A stretch of DNA of 64,000 nucleotides, from assembly GCF_902713615.1 (NCBI RefSeq), contig NC_052163.1, positions 48,842,878 to 48,906,877 of the forward strand. Reading direction: 5' to 3'. The translations under genes and the position numbers were made by a program. Position 1 is the stretch's first letter. Each line of letters begins with the position of its first letter. This stretch comes from Scyliorhinus canicula. Lineage: Eukaryota. Under the pieces are notes generated by a model. It saw nothing but the letters and a program-made list of their open reading frames with translations. It had not been told where the DNA came from and did not search any database. Positions 39,246 to 51,021 of this stretch are shown in pieces.

Positions 39246-40772
39246 TGTGGTAGTCACCACTGTTTGCATGATATGCGTATTCAAGGTAATACGGTAAGGC
39301 TCCTGTACTACAGGTACGGGGGTAGATCCCTGCCTTCTGGTTCCACCCAGTAGGCAGAGTATAAATGTGTATGCACACCGAGCTGCTACCATTTCTAGTA
39401 GCAGCTGCAGGAGGCAACACATCTCTGCTTAATAAAGCCTCGATTACTCTCTACTCTCATCTCGTCGTAATTGATAGTGCATCAATTTATTAAGCAGAGA
39501 TATTACAGCGATGGAACTACGCATCAAGCCAGATTGCCTACAGCTGCACCCCCAAGCAGACAATGCTGCGACGGCCTTCGACAACTGGCTAGCTTGCTTC
39601 AAAAGCTACCTCAGATCAGCGACTGAACAGCCCTCAGAAGCACAGAAGCTTCAGATCCTGTACTCATGGGTGAGCTCTGAGATTTTTCCCCTTATCTGGC
39701 ATGCGCCCACTTACCCTGAAGCAATGGAGCTTCTGAAAAGACACTATATCCGGCCAGTCAACAAACTCTATGCCAGGCACCTCCTGTCCACGAGGCAGCA
39801 ACTCTCCGGTGAGTCATTAGATGATTTCTGGCATGCCCTGTACATCCTGGTGAGGAACTGCGATTGTCAGGCAGTTTCGGCCGTGGAACATACAGAACTC
39901 TTAATCAGGGACGCTTTTGTTGCGGGCATACAGTCGGCGTACATCCGCCAGCGCCTATTAGAAGGGGGTACGTGACCAGACACTCGCGAACTCACTAACG
40001 GTAGCCTCCCATAACGTACAGTCGTACGCCCCCGACAGCACAGCACCCTCATGGACATCTTGGGCCCCACCAGCGGCCGCCCCCAGCCAACCCCAAGCCT
40101 CTGCCGTGCAGCAGTCGGCCAACACCGGGGGGCCCAAGTGCTATTTCTGCGGGCAGACAAAACACCCCCGCCAACGCTGCCCGGCGCGTAGTGCAACCTG
40201 CAAGGCCTGCGGAAAGAAGGGACATTTCGCTGCTGTGTGTCAGGCCTGGTCGATCGCTGCTGCACATAGGCCCAGTGTTCCTGCACCCCCCACGTGCGAC
40301 CCGTGGCTGCCACCATTTTTGTCCCCGCATACCACGTGCGGCCCGTGGGTGCTGCCATCTTTAACGCGTCCGCCATATGCACCCCGTGGGCGCCACCATC
40401 TTCGGCGCCATTTTGGACGGTGCCTCAGGACCCCTGTTTGTCGGGGACTTCATCAGGCCGTTCATCGCCTGCCACCGCCGCCGACCAGCCTGGGGCCTAC
40501 CAACACCATCCGCAACTCGCCTCCATCACGCTCAACCAGTCCCGGACGCACAACCTCGCAACCGCAATGACGACGGTGAAAGTCGATGGGCACATGACAT
40601 CCTGCCTTCTTGACTCCGGGAGCACGGAAAGCTTCATCCACCCCTCCATGGTAAGGCACTGCTCCCTCGCAGTACACCCCGTTACCCAGAGAATCTCCCT
40701 GGCCTCCGGATCCCATTCTGTGGAAATCCGGGGGTACTGCATCGTCACCCACACCATCCACGGCGTCGACTT
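39246..40772 (+). mobile_element. 5' half of a Gypsy element (copy G2: 5' LTR, gag, protease), truncated at a fusion junction
   Basis: LTR 39246-39484 (tgtggtag...gtgcatca) with TATA at 39360 and AATAAA at 39431. Gag ATG at 39511 (MELRIKPDCLQLHP). Zinc knuckles near 40140-40240 and protease LLDSGS near 40605. Confidence 0.93.
39360..39436 (+). promoter_or_regulatory. LTR core promoter and poly(A) signal of G2
   Basis: TATAAAT at 39360, Inr-like ccAtttc with the A at 39391 (31 nt after the TATA start), AATAAA at 39431-39436. The same layout is present in the G1, G3 and G4 LTRs. Confidence 0.7.
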
Positions 40773-43700
40773 CGATCGGCCGCCTTGAATAGTCGTTGCG
40801 AGCGCCACAGTTCTGGTGGCGATTCAGGCGTTGGTTCGGTCGTCGGTGACTCCGGGAGCATGTCGACCTCATCTTCATTCCCGGGTGGGAACAAGGGGAG
40901 GGCGGATCGTCCTGGAGTGGGAGCTGTGGTGGGGTGCACCGGGGGGAGGGAGGGTGGCGCTGGGGCAGAGGGGGGGGGGAGTGTGGGGACCCAGCTAGTG
41001 CCAGGTCCCTGAGGGAGACTGTGTCTTGGCGTCCATCGGGGTACGCTACGTAGGCGTACTGCGGATTCATGTGGAGTAGCTGTACCCTCTCAACCAACGG
41101 GTCTGCCTTGTGGAGCCACATGTGCTTGCAGAGGAGAACGGGTCCTTGAGCTGCCAGCCATGTTGGGAGCGAAACCCCGGAGGTGGACTTCCTGGGGAAG
41201 GCAAAGAGACGTTCATGGGGAGTTTTGTTAGTCGCAGTGCACAGGAGCAACCGAATGGAGTGAAGGGCGTCGGGGAGGACCTCCTGCCAGCAGGAGATCG
41301 GGCGATTTCTGGACCGTAGGGCCAGCTGGATGGCCTTCCAGACCATCCCATTCTCCCGCTCCACCTGCCCGTTTCCCCGGGGGTTGTAGCTGTGATGCGC
41401 TAACAATTGCACACAAAGACTTGAATCGGTACAAGAGAGGCTTTATTACCGTGAGATGTTATTCCTTCGACTGCAGCTGTAGAATGGAAGCTCAGGAGAG
41501 CTCATGAATATTTATATTGCTCCCTGTGGGTGGAGCTAGCCGGCAGGGGCTTACCGACAAACCTGTAATACAGGTACTGCTGTACATCCCCTAATACAGG
41601 CACACACACATATATATACAGTGGTGGATTACCACATTCATCCCCTGTTAAGAATGAATCCGGCGGGGCTGACGTGTAACTATATACCTGATCCGTGATT
41701 TATTTACAGAGGGGAGGGGTAAAAAAATTAAATGTCCATCTTGCAACCCGGTGCCCGTCATAGGTTGAGTCTGACCGGCGGTCTGACGGTTCGTTGAGAG
41801 CGAAGCAGCAGCGGTGGCGACGTCTGCATAGGTGGTGTCGGAGTCGACGGCATGGGTGGTGGCGGTCTTGGTCATGGCCAGTGACCGGACGACTCCGGGA
41901 GCGTGCCGAAATCTTCCATATCCTCTAGTGTGGGCAGGGGAACAAGGGATGGACCTGGTGGGGCTGATGTTGGGGGCGCCGGGGAAGGGGAGGGTGGCGC
42001 GTGGGTGGGGAGGTGTGTGGGCGTGGGATCAGCACCCGAGGGAGCCAGGTCCCTGAGCGAGACCATATCCTGGCGGCCGTCGGGGAACTCCACGTAGGCA
42101 TACTGGAGGTTTGCGTGGAGCAGGCGTATCCTGTCCACCAGAGGGTCTGCCTTGTGGAGTCTGACATGCCTACGCAGTAGGACCGGCCCTGGAGCTGCGA
42201 GCCAAGTCGGGAGCAACACCCCGGATGTAGACTTCCTAGGGAAGGTAAAAACACGTTCATGGGGTGTGTTGTTAGTCGCGTGCACAGCAGTGACCGAATG
42301 GAGTGGAGTGTATCAGGGAGGACCTGCTGCCAGCGAGCGGCTGGGGGGTTCCTGGGCCATAGGGCCAGCTGGACGGCCGTCCATACCGTCCCATTCTCCC
42401 TCTCTACCTGCCCGTTTCCCCAGGGGTTGTAGCTGGTCGTCCTGCTGGAGGCTATACCCCTGCTGAGCAGGAACTGACGCAGCTCATCGCCCATGAATGA
42501 GGATCCCCTGTCACTGTGGATGTAGTCGGGGAAACCGAACAGGACGAATACGGGCGAAGGCCTGTTGTGCCTCGGCCGTGAGGGGAAATTGCGTGGACTG
42601 GATCAGTGGGCGGGTCTTGGCCGTGTATTGTGGGCATAGTAAGAAAAGAACCCCAGGCATCGTTTGAGAGCATTGGGGCAGTGGGGGAGGGGAAGCTCCA
42701 TGAGGGGGCGAATGCGGTCGGGATCGGGCCCCAGTAGTCGCGTTTTGGACTACGTAGCCGAGGATGGATAATCGGTCTGTGCAGAAAACGCACTTCTCCT
42801 TGTTATCAGTGAGGTTGAGGAGAGATGCGGTGTGGAGAAATTTGGCACGGTTGGCGTCATGGTCCTCCTGGTCGTGGCTGCAGATGGTGACATTATCTAA
42901 GTACGGAAACGTGGCCCGCAGTCCGTACCGGTCAACCATTCGGTCCATTTCTCGTTGAAATACCGAGACCCCGTTAGTGACGCCGAAGGGAACCCTAAGG
43001 AATTGATAAAGGCGACCGTCTGCCTCGAAGGGACGGTGTAGGGACGGTCCGATTTGCGGATGGGGAGCTGGTGGTACGCGGATTTCAGGTCAATTGTTGA
43101 GAAGACCCGATACTGCGCAATCTGATTGACCATATCAGATATGCGTGGGAGGGGGTACGCGTCGAGCTGCGTGTACCGGTTGATGGTCTGGCTGTAGTCC
43201 ACAACCATCCTGTGTTTCTCCCCAGTTTTAACCACCACCACTTGGGCTCTCCAGGGGCTGTTGCTGGCCTCAATAATACCCTCCTGAAGCAGCCGCTGGA
43301 CTTCGGACCTGATGAATGTCTTGTCCTGGGTGCTGTACCATCTGCTCCTGGTGGCGACGGGCTTGGAATCTGCAGTCAGATTGGCAAAGAGGGAGGGAGG
43401 GTCAACCTTGAGGGTCGTGAGGTCGCAAACGGTGAGTGGAGGTAGGGGTCCGCCGAATTTGAGAGTGAGGCTCTGGAGGTTACATTGGAAGTCCAGGCCC
43501 AGTAAAAGTGTCGCACAGAGGTTGGGGAGAACGTACAGGCGGAAACCGCTGAATTCAATGCCTTGCACAGTGAGTTTGACCAGACAGAAGCCCCGGATCG
43601 GGACAGAGTGGGATCCGGAGGCCAGGGAGATCTGTTGGTTTGCGGGATGGACCGTGAGGGAGCAGCGCCTTCCTGTGTGCGGATGGATGAAGCTGTCGGT

Positions 43701-46700
43701 TCTCCCGGAGTCAAGTAGGCAGGAGGTCGCGTGGCCGTTGATGAGCACCGTCGTTGAAGCGGTGGCCAGGTTGCGAGGACGGGGTTGATCGAGTGTCATG
43801 GAGGCGAGTAGCGGGCGATCGTCCGAAGAGTCCGATGAGTAGCGGCAGCGACCCGGGTCCTGTGGTCCAGTCCCGAGGGGAGGACAAAATGGCGGCGTCC
43901 GAAGTACCTGCGGGGAAGAAGATGGCGGCGCCCATGGAGCGCATATTGCAGGGGCGGGGCAAGATGGCGGAGCCCACTGATCGCACATGGAGTCGGGGGA
44001 GGAAGATGGCGGCGCCCATTGGTCGCATGTGGCCCCGGGAGCAGCAGATGGCGGGGCCCATTGCGCGATCGGCTGGTGAGAGGGGGAGAGGTCGGGCGCG
44101 ATAGCGGCAACTGCGCGGGCCTGACACACCGCTGCAAAGTGGCCTTTCATGCCAAAGGATTTACAGGTCACGGTGCGGGCCGGGCAGCGCTGGCGGGGGT
44201 GCTTCTGCAGAAGTAGCAGCGGGGACCCCCAGGGTGCGCGGTGTGGCGAGCAGCGCAGGCATACTGCGCGGGAGCGGCCCCAGTAGGGGGGGTCGGTTGC
44301 GGGGTCCACGAGGGGTAGGATGGGTGGGCCATGCGGTGGGCGGGGTAGGATTGCAGGTTACATGAAGCGACCGTCATAGAGAGCGCTAAAGTCTTTGTCG
44401 CCGCTAGATCGAGTGCGGCCCCTTCCAGCAGTCTTTGCCGGATGGGGTCCGATGCAATACCCGTCACAAAAGCGTCTCGCATGAGGAGGTTGGAATGTTC
44501 TGTTGCCGAGACGCCTGGCACTCGCAGTCCCGTACTAGAGGGATAAGGGCCCGCCAGAAGTCCTCAATCGACTCACCCGGTTGCTGGACGCGAGTGACGA
44601 GTACATGCCTCGCAAACAGAGTGTTCGTCGACTGGACGTAATTTTCTTTGAGAAGTTCCATAGCACGGGCGTAGGTCGGTGCGTCCTGTATCAGCGGGAA
44701 CACGCTGGAGTTCTACCTTGAGTAGAGTAGTTGAATTTTCTGAGCTTCCGATGGTGTAGGGTCCGCTGAGGTGATGTAGGCCTCGAAGACAGCCAGCCAG
44801 TGGTTAAAGTCTTTTCTGGCGTTTGGCGATTACGGATCCAGCTGCAAGCGGTCGGGTTTAATTCTGATGTCCATGATGCGGAAAATCTCACGGTAATAAA
44901 TTGATGCGCTAACAATTGCACACAAAGACTCAAATCGGTACAAGAGAGGCTTTATTACCGTGAGATGTTATTCCTTCGACCGCAGCTGTAGAATGGCAGC
45001 TCAGGAGAACTCATGAATATTTATACTGCTCCCTGTGGGCGGAGCTAGCCGGCAAACCTGTAATACAGGTACTGCTGTACATCCCCTAATACAGGCACAC
45101 ACACATATATATACAGTGGTGGATCAGCACAAGCTGGTCGTCCTGCTCGAGGCAATGCCCCTGTTGAGCAGGTACTGACGCAGCTTATAGCTCATAAATG
45201 AGGATTCCCGGTCGCTGTGGACGTAGGTGAGGAAACAGAACAGAGCGAAGGTGGTGTTGAGGGCTTTGATGACGGGGGCAGACATCATATTGGGGCATGG
45301 GATGGTGAAGGGGAATCTTGAACATTCGTCGTCCACGTTGAGAAATTACGTGTTGCGGTCGGTGGAGGGGAGGGGACCTTTGAAGTCCACGCTGAGGCAT
45401 TCAAAGGGGCGGGAGGCCTTCACCAGGTGTGCACGGTCTGGCCGGTAGAAGGGCGGTTTACACTCAGCGCAGACCTGACAGTCTCTGGTGATAGCCCTGA
45501 CTTCCTCGATGGAGTAGGGCAGATTGCGGGCCTTTTTGAAGTGATAAAAGCGGGTGACCCCTGGGTGACAGAGATCGTCGTGCAGGGTGCGGAGTCGGTC
45601 CACTTGTGCGCTGGCACATGAACCTCGGGACAGGGCATTGGGGGGCTCGTTGAGCTTACCGGGGCGATACAAAATCTCATAATTGTAGGTGGAGAGCTCG
45701 ATCCTCCACCTCAAGATTTTATCATTTTTGATTTTACCCCGCTGTGTGTTGTTAAACCTGAAGGCAACCGACCATTGGTCAATGAGGAGAGTGAATCTCC
45801 TGCCGGCGAAGTAATGCCTCCAATGCAGCACAGCTTCAACAATAGCTTGGGCCTCCTTTTCAACAGAGGAATGCCGAATTTCGGAGGCATGGAGGGTGCG
45901 GGAAAAGAATGCCATGGGCCTGCCTGCCTGGTTGAGGGTGGCGGCCAGAGCGACTTCTGATGCATCGCTCTCCACTTGGAAGGGGAGCGTCTCATCGACC
46001 GCGTGCATCGCAGCCTTGGCGATGTCGGCCTTGATATGGTTGAAGGCCTGGTGAGCCTCGGCCGTCAGGGGAAAAACTGTGGAGTGAATGCGTGGACGGG
46101 CCTTGCCCGCATAGTTTGGGACCCACTGAGCGTAGTACGAGAAGAATCCCATGCATCGTTCGAGGGCCTTGGAGCAGTGGGGGAGGGGGAGTTCCATGAG
46201 GGGGCGCAAGCGATCGGGGCCAGGCCCTGGAACTCCATTCCGAACCACATAGCCGAGGATGGCTAATCGGTTCGTGATGAACACACACTTCTCCTTGTTG
46301 TAGGTTAGGTTGAGAGGTTTGGCGGCGTGGAGAAATTTGGAAAGGTTAGCATCGTGGTCCTGCTGGTCGTGGCCACGTGATATTATCCAGGTACGGGAAA
46401 GTGGCCCGCAGTCCGTACTGATCAACCATTCAGTCCACCTCCCGTTGGAAGACCGAGACCCCGTTAGTAATGCCGAAGGGAACCCTGAGGAAGTGCTAAA
46501 GGGGGCCGTCCGCTTCAAACGCGGTGTACGGCTGGTCCGCCTTGCGAATGGGGAGCTGATGGTAGGCAGATTTCAGGTCCACTGTCGAGAAGATCCGGTG
46601 CTGTGCAATCTGATTGACCATATCAGATATGCGTGGGAGGGGGTACGCGTCGAGCTGCGTGTACCGATTGATGGTCTGATTGTAGTCAACAACCATCTGT

Positions 46701-48490
46701 TTTTCTCCCCAGTTTTCACCATGACAACTTGGGCTCTCCAGGGGCTGTTGTTGGCCTCAATAATACGTTCCCGCAGCAGCCGCTGGACCTCAGACCTGAT
46801 GAAGGTCGAGTCCTGGGCACTGTACCGTCTGCTCCTGGTGGCGACGGGTTTGCAATCCGGGGTTAGGTTTGCAAATAGGGAAGGTGGGTCGACCTTAAGG
46901 GTCACGAGGCCGCACACAGTAAGGGGTGGTAGGGGTCTGCCAAATTTCAGGGTTAGGCTCTGGAGGTTGCACTGGAAGTCCAGGCCAAGTAGCAAGGGAG
47001 CACAGGGGTTGGGGAGGAAGTAGAGCTGGAAGACGCTGAACTCTACGCCCTGGATGGTGAGGGTGGCGGTGCAGTACCCCTGGATCGCCACGGATTGGGA
47101 GCCGGAGGCCAGGGAGCTTCTCTGGTTGATGGGTTGGACCGTGAGGGAGCAGCGCCTTATCGTATTGGGATGGATGAAGCTCTCAGTACTCCCGGAGTCT
47201 AGAAGGCAGGATATCTTGTGCCCGTCGACCGTCACTGTCGTTCGACGCGGTCGCGAGGTTGTGTGGTCGGGATTGGTCGATCGTGATGGAGGCCAGAAAT
47301 GGCTGGTCGGCGGTGGTTGCAGGCGATGAGCGGCCCGATGAGGTGCCCGACGAGCAGAGGTCCTGAGGCAGGGGAGATGTGGCGCCCACGGGCCTCATGG
47401 GTTGTGAGGCGAGGAAGATGGCGAGCAAGATGGCGGCGCTCACGGGCTGCACGTGTTGTGAGGGGAGCAAGATGGCGGCGCCCATGGGCCGCACATGGTC
47501 GGAGGCGAGGAAGATGGCGGCGCCCGCGGGTCACACATGGGACGATAGCGGCGACCGAGCGGGCCTGGCACACAGCAGCAAAATGTCCTTTCTTCCTGCA
47601 GGCCTTGCAGAGTGCGCTCCGTGCCGGGCAACGCTATCGGGGGTGTTTTGACTGTTTGCAGAAGTAGGACTTGGGTCTCCCGGGGTAGGTTGGCTGCCGT
47701 GTGGCGCAGGCCTGGGGTTGGCTGGGGGAGATCACTGGTGGGGTCCACGGTGAGGTGTTCGCTGGCGGGGTCCAGGATGCCCAGGAGGGCTGGGCCGTGC
47801 GGTCGGGAGCATATGCCTGTATATTGTGTGAGGCAACTGTGAGCGAGAGCGCTAGTTTCTTGGTCGCCGCGAGGTCAAGGGTAGCCCCTTCTAAGAGGCG
47901 CTGGCGGATGTAGGCCGACCCTATGCCCGTAACGAATGCGTCTCTAATTAGCAGGTCAGAATGATCAGCGGCCGAAACGGCCTGGCAATCGCAGTCTCTC
48001 ACCAGGACGTGCAGGACACGCTAGAAATCTTCCACGGACTCACCGGGGAGTTGATACCGCGTGGAGAGGAGGTGCCTGGCGTAGATTTTGTTGGTCTGCT
48101 GAGCGTAGTTTTCCTTCAGTAGCGCCATGGCCTCAGCAAGCTAGCCAATGTGCGAAGGCCAACTTGGCATTGTCCGCTTGAGGGTGCAGCTGCAGGCGAT
48201 CAGGCTTGATGCAGAGATCCATCGTTTTTAAAATCTCTACGTAATAAATTGATGCACTATCAATTACGACGAGACGGGAGTAGAGTGTAATCGAGGCTTT
48301 ATTACACAGAGATGTGGAGCCTCCCGCAGCTGCTGCTGAAATGGCTGCAGCTCGGAGAGCCCACACATTTATACTCCGCCTACTGGGCGGAGCCAGCAGG
48401 CAGGAATCTACCCCCGTACCTGTAGTACAGGGGCCTTACCGTAATACCCTCGTATGCAGTATACACAATACAACAGTGGTGACTACCACA
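40773..48490 (-). mobile_element. Gypsy element copy G4 (5' LTR 48250-48490, gag-pol), lacking its 3' LTR and interrupted in integrase by copy G3
   Basis: Gag ATG at 48222 (MDLCIKPDRLQLHP); PR, RT, RH and IN in ORFs 46573-47235 and 45346-46518. The integrase sequence breaks at 45132 and resumes at 41392 (…SRTTS|YNPRGNGQVERENG), then ends near 40773. Confidence 0.92.
41393..45131 (-). mobile_element. Nested Gypsy element copy G3 (3.7 kb) with an internal deletion of RNase H and the N-terminal half of integrase
   Basis: LTRs 41393-41636 and 44902-45131. Perfect 5-bp TSD agctg (41388-41392, 45132-45136). Gag ATG at 44874; RT FPYLDNVT. Near 42544 the RT connection (AEAQQAFARIR) is joined directly to the integrase core (FGFPDYIHSDRG). 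Confidence 0.95.
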
Positions 48491-49723
48491 GGAGCTAACA
48501 CAATGGCTGGAATGTTCTGACTGTTCCCCCCAGTGGGATCATCTGGTCCTGCCAATGTTGAACTCCTGCCATGGGTTCCCCTGGGACATGGAATGCATAC
48601 AACGGGAAACCTTGTTGACAGCGGCTGTCCAATGAATGTTTACCTCCACCGCTGCAAAACACGCCAGGGGGGGTGTGTGGAAAATCCCACCCATTTTTTT
48701 TCAGAACAATTTATATCTTTACAAATTAATTAATTTTCCCCCCAAACAACTCCCGTCCCCCAATCCACTCCCCTCTATTAGCTGCTGGTGACAAACAGAT
48801 CTTTTAAAACAGAGATAAAAAGCCTCCACCTTGAGTGGATGCCCTCCTCTGATCCCACAGAGGTTGTTCATGAAGGCCCTGCCTTCGCAGCCTTGCCTGA
48901 GGTGTGGTGACCCTCAGGTTACATCACCACCAGTCAGCTCTCAACTGGGAGAGCAGTCTCTGGTCCTCACAGGTTATGTTTAGTCTTGGAAAAATAATGG
49001 ACTACTTGTATAGAATGGAAGCAAACGTGGTACAGAAATTAAATCAATAAGAATGAAAATTTACTGGCAAATAGCTGGAAAGCTCTGGGACGTCATTGTT
49101 AACTGTAAACCATTTTGTACCAGAGGAAATAGAGAAAGTACTGTTCAAAATAGATTGAGCCAAATGTATAAGGGATTGGAGAATAGGAAGTAAACCAATT
49201 AACTAGTCACACTATTGAGGTTTAACATACATAAATAATTTCTTGTGACAGTGAATTGCAATTGGAATTGTAAAACTGGAAAAGGGGTTGATTTATTTCC
49301 CTGCATGAGGGCTTCAAAATTAAATCACTGTTACTTTCAGGAAAGAGACTGCTGATCAGAATACCAGTTACATCACTGGGGAAAAACACCGAGGAAGACG
49401 CTGCACAGGTTTCTCAGCAAATGTTTGCACTTATAATAAAGAAGCACGTAGCTGAAAGAGTGAAGCAATGTATCAGTTGAAATCTGCACCTGAATGTATA
49501 TAATAAGCATGCACTGCCAGATTCTTGAAGAGTCGGAAATTATAGATCCAACAGCAGTGATTCATTCCTTCCAATTGCTTTGTCACCCCTCGGGGGAAAA
49601 TGGTAGATTTTGGATAACTACATTGCAAGGAACCAAAAACAGCACAGTTAAAAATAAAATCAAAGAATTGGATACTTTGCTGTAAAAAAATCAAAGGTTT
49701 TGAAATTTCAGTCAAAAAAGATA

Positions 49724-50306
49724 GGGCGGGATTCTCCCATCTGAAGGCAGAGTGTTGACGCCGTCATATAAACTGGAGAGTTTAACGACGGCGTCATCGG
49801 ACCGCTATGTGTAGCGATCCTCTGCCCTACAGGAGGCCAGCACGGCACTGAAGTGACCCACACCGCTCCAGCTGCCGATACCGGCGTCAAATGGGCCTGC
49901 ACATGTGTGCTGTGACCAGTGCGAAAGCGCGCATGCACGGTAACCTCCTTCTCTGCGCATTCTCCGCCGCAACATGGCGTAGGTCTACAGGGGCCACTGC
50001 AAAAGAGGCCCCCACCACGAGAGGTCGGCCAGCCAATCGGAGGGCTCCGATCACGGGCCAGGCCACAGTGGAGGCCCCCAGGTGGTCGGATCCCCCCTAC
50101 CCCCCTACCAGGCCGCCCCAGACAAGATGGATGCCATGGTCCCACCGGGTAAGACCAGATATGAATGGCGCCGGCGGGACTCGTTCTTTTTTGGGTGGCC
50201 ACTCGGCCCACCCCGGGCGGAAAATTGCCGGCATTGGGCCGGCGTCGAGCGACTCGCGCCCAGCCGGCGTTTCTCTGAACCGGCGTGGGCTGAGGGAATC
50301 CCGCCC
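49724..50306. mobile_element. Non-autonomous Harbinger-type MITE
   Basis: TIRs gggcgggattc / gaatcccgccc, 3-bp TSD ata, GC-rich interior. Confidence 0.85.
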
Positions 50307-50793
50307 ATAGTCCCTCAAAATAGCTTTCACAAAGCAAGTAAATTGCATTAAGCATACAGGTTAGAGACTAACTACTGAATGAGGAGTTTGGATGCTTTGG
50401 ATAAGTTGTTGTTTAAAACGATAACTACCAAAATGGATTCTTACCGAGTTGCGATTACGGATTTCTGATAGCCAAGAGCTTGGAAGGGTCAGAGCCTCGG
50501 GAAATGCTTCGGACGTACCATTTGAAAAGTGGTACCAGGTTTTCACATCAGGGTTATAATTAAACACAGGAAGCTGAGAGTGATGCAGTGCTCCATTTTG
50601 TAAAACCCATGATATCAATAGTTCAGCACAACGTAAGAGAATTTAGGCTCCAAATTGGCTATGACAATAATTTTCCTGGCTTCAAATCTGCAAAGCGATT
50701 GTCAATTGTTATTCAAAAACATCTGGTTCACTAATGTCCTTTAGGGAAGGAAATCTGTTGTCTTTACCTGGTCTCGCCTGTCAATGTATTATT

Positions 50794-51021
50794 TTTAAAA
50801 ATAAATTTGGAGTGCCCAATTCATTTTTTCCAATTAAGGGGCAATTTAGTATGGCCAATCCACCTACCCTGCAGATCATTGGGTTGTGGGGGGGCGATAC
50901 CCACGCAAACACGGGGAGAATGTGAAAATTCCACACGGACAGTGACCCAGAGCCAGGATCGAACCTGGGACCTCGGCACCGTGAGACAGCAGTGCTAACC
51001 ACTGTGCCACCGTGCTGCCCT
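50794..51021 (-). mobile_element. Short A-tailed HE1-head SINE with 15-bp TSD
   Basis: TSD tgtcaatgtattatt at 50779 and 51022. Confidence 0.9.

Noticed and set aside
40462-41412. 316-aa ORF and other long Gypsy ORFs (e.g. 42897-44309, 20219-21565) as functional or domesticated genes
   Set aside because: They are chimeric or frameshifted fragments: they cross LTR or fusion junctions and switch frame relative to the conserved domains.
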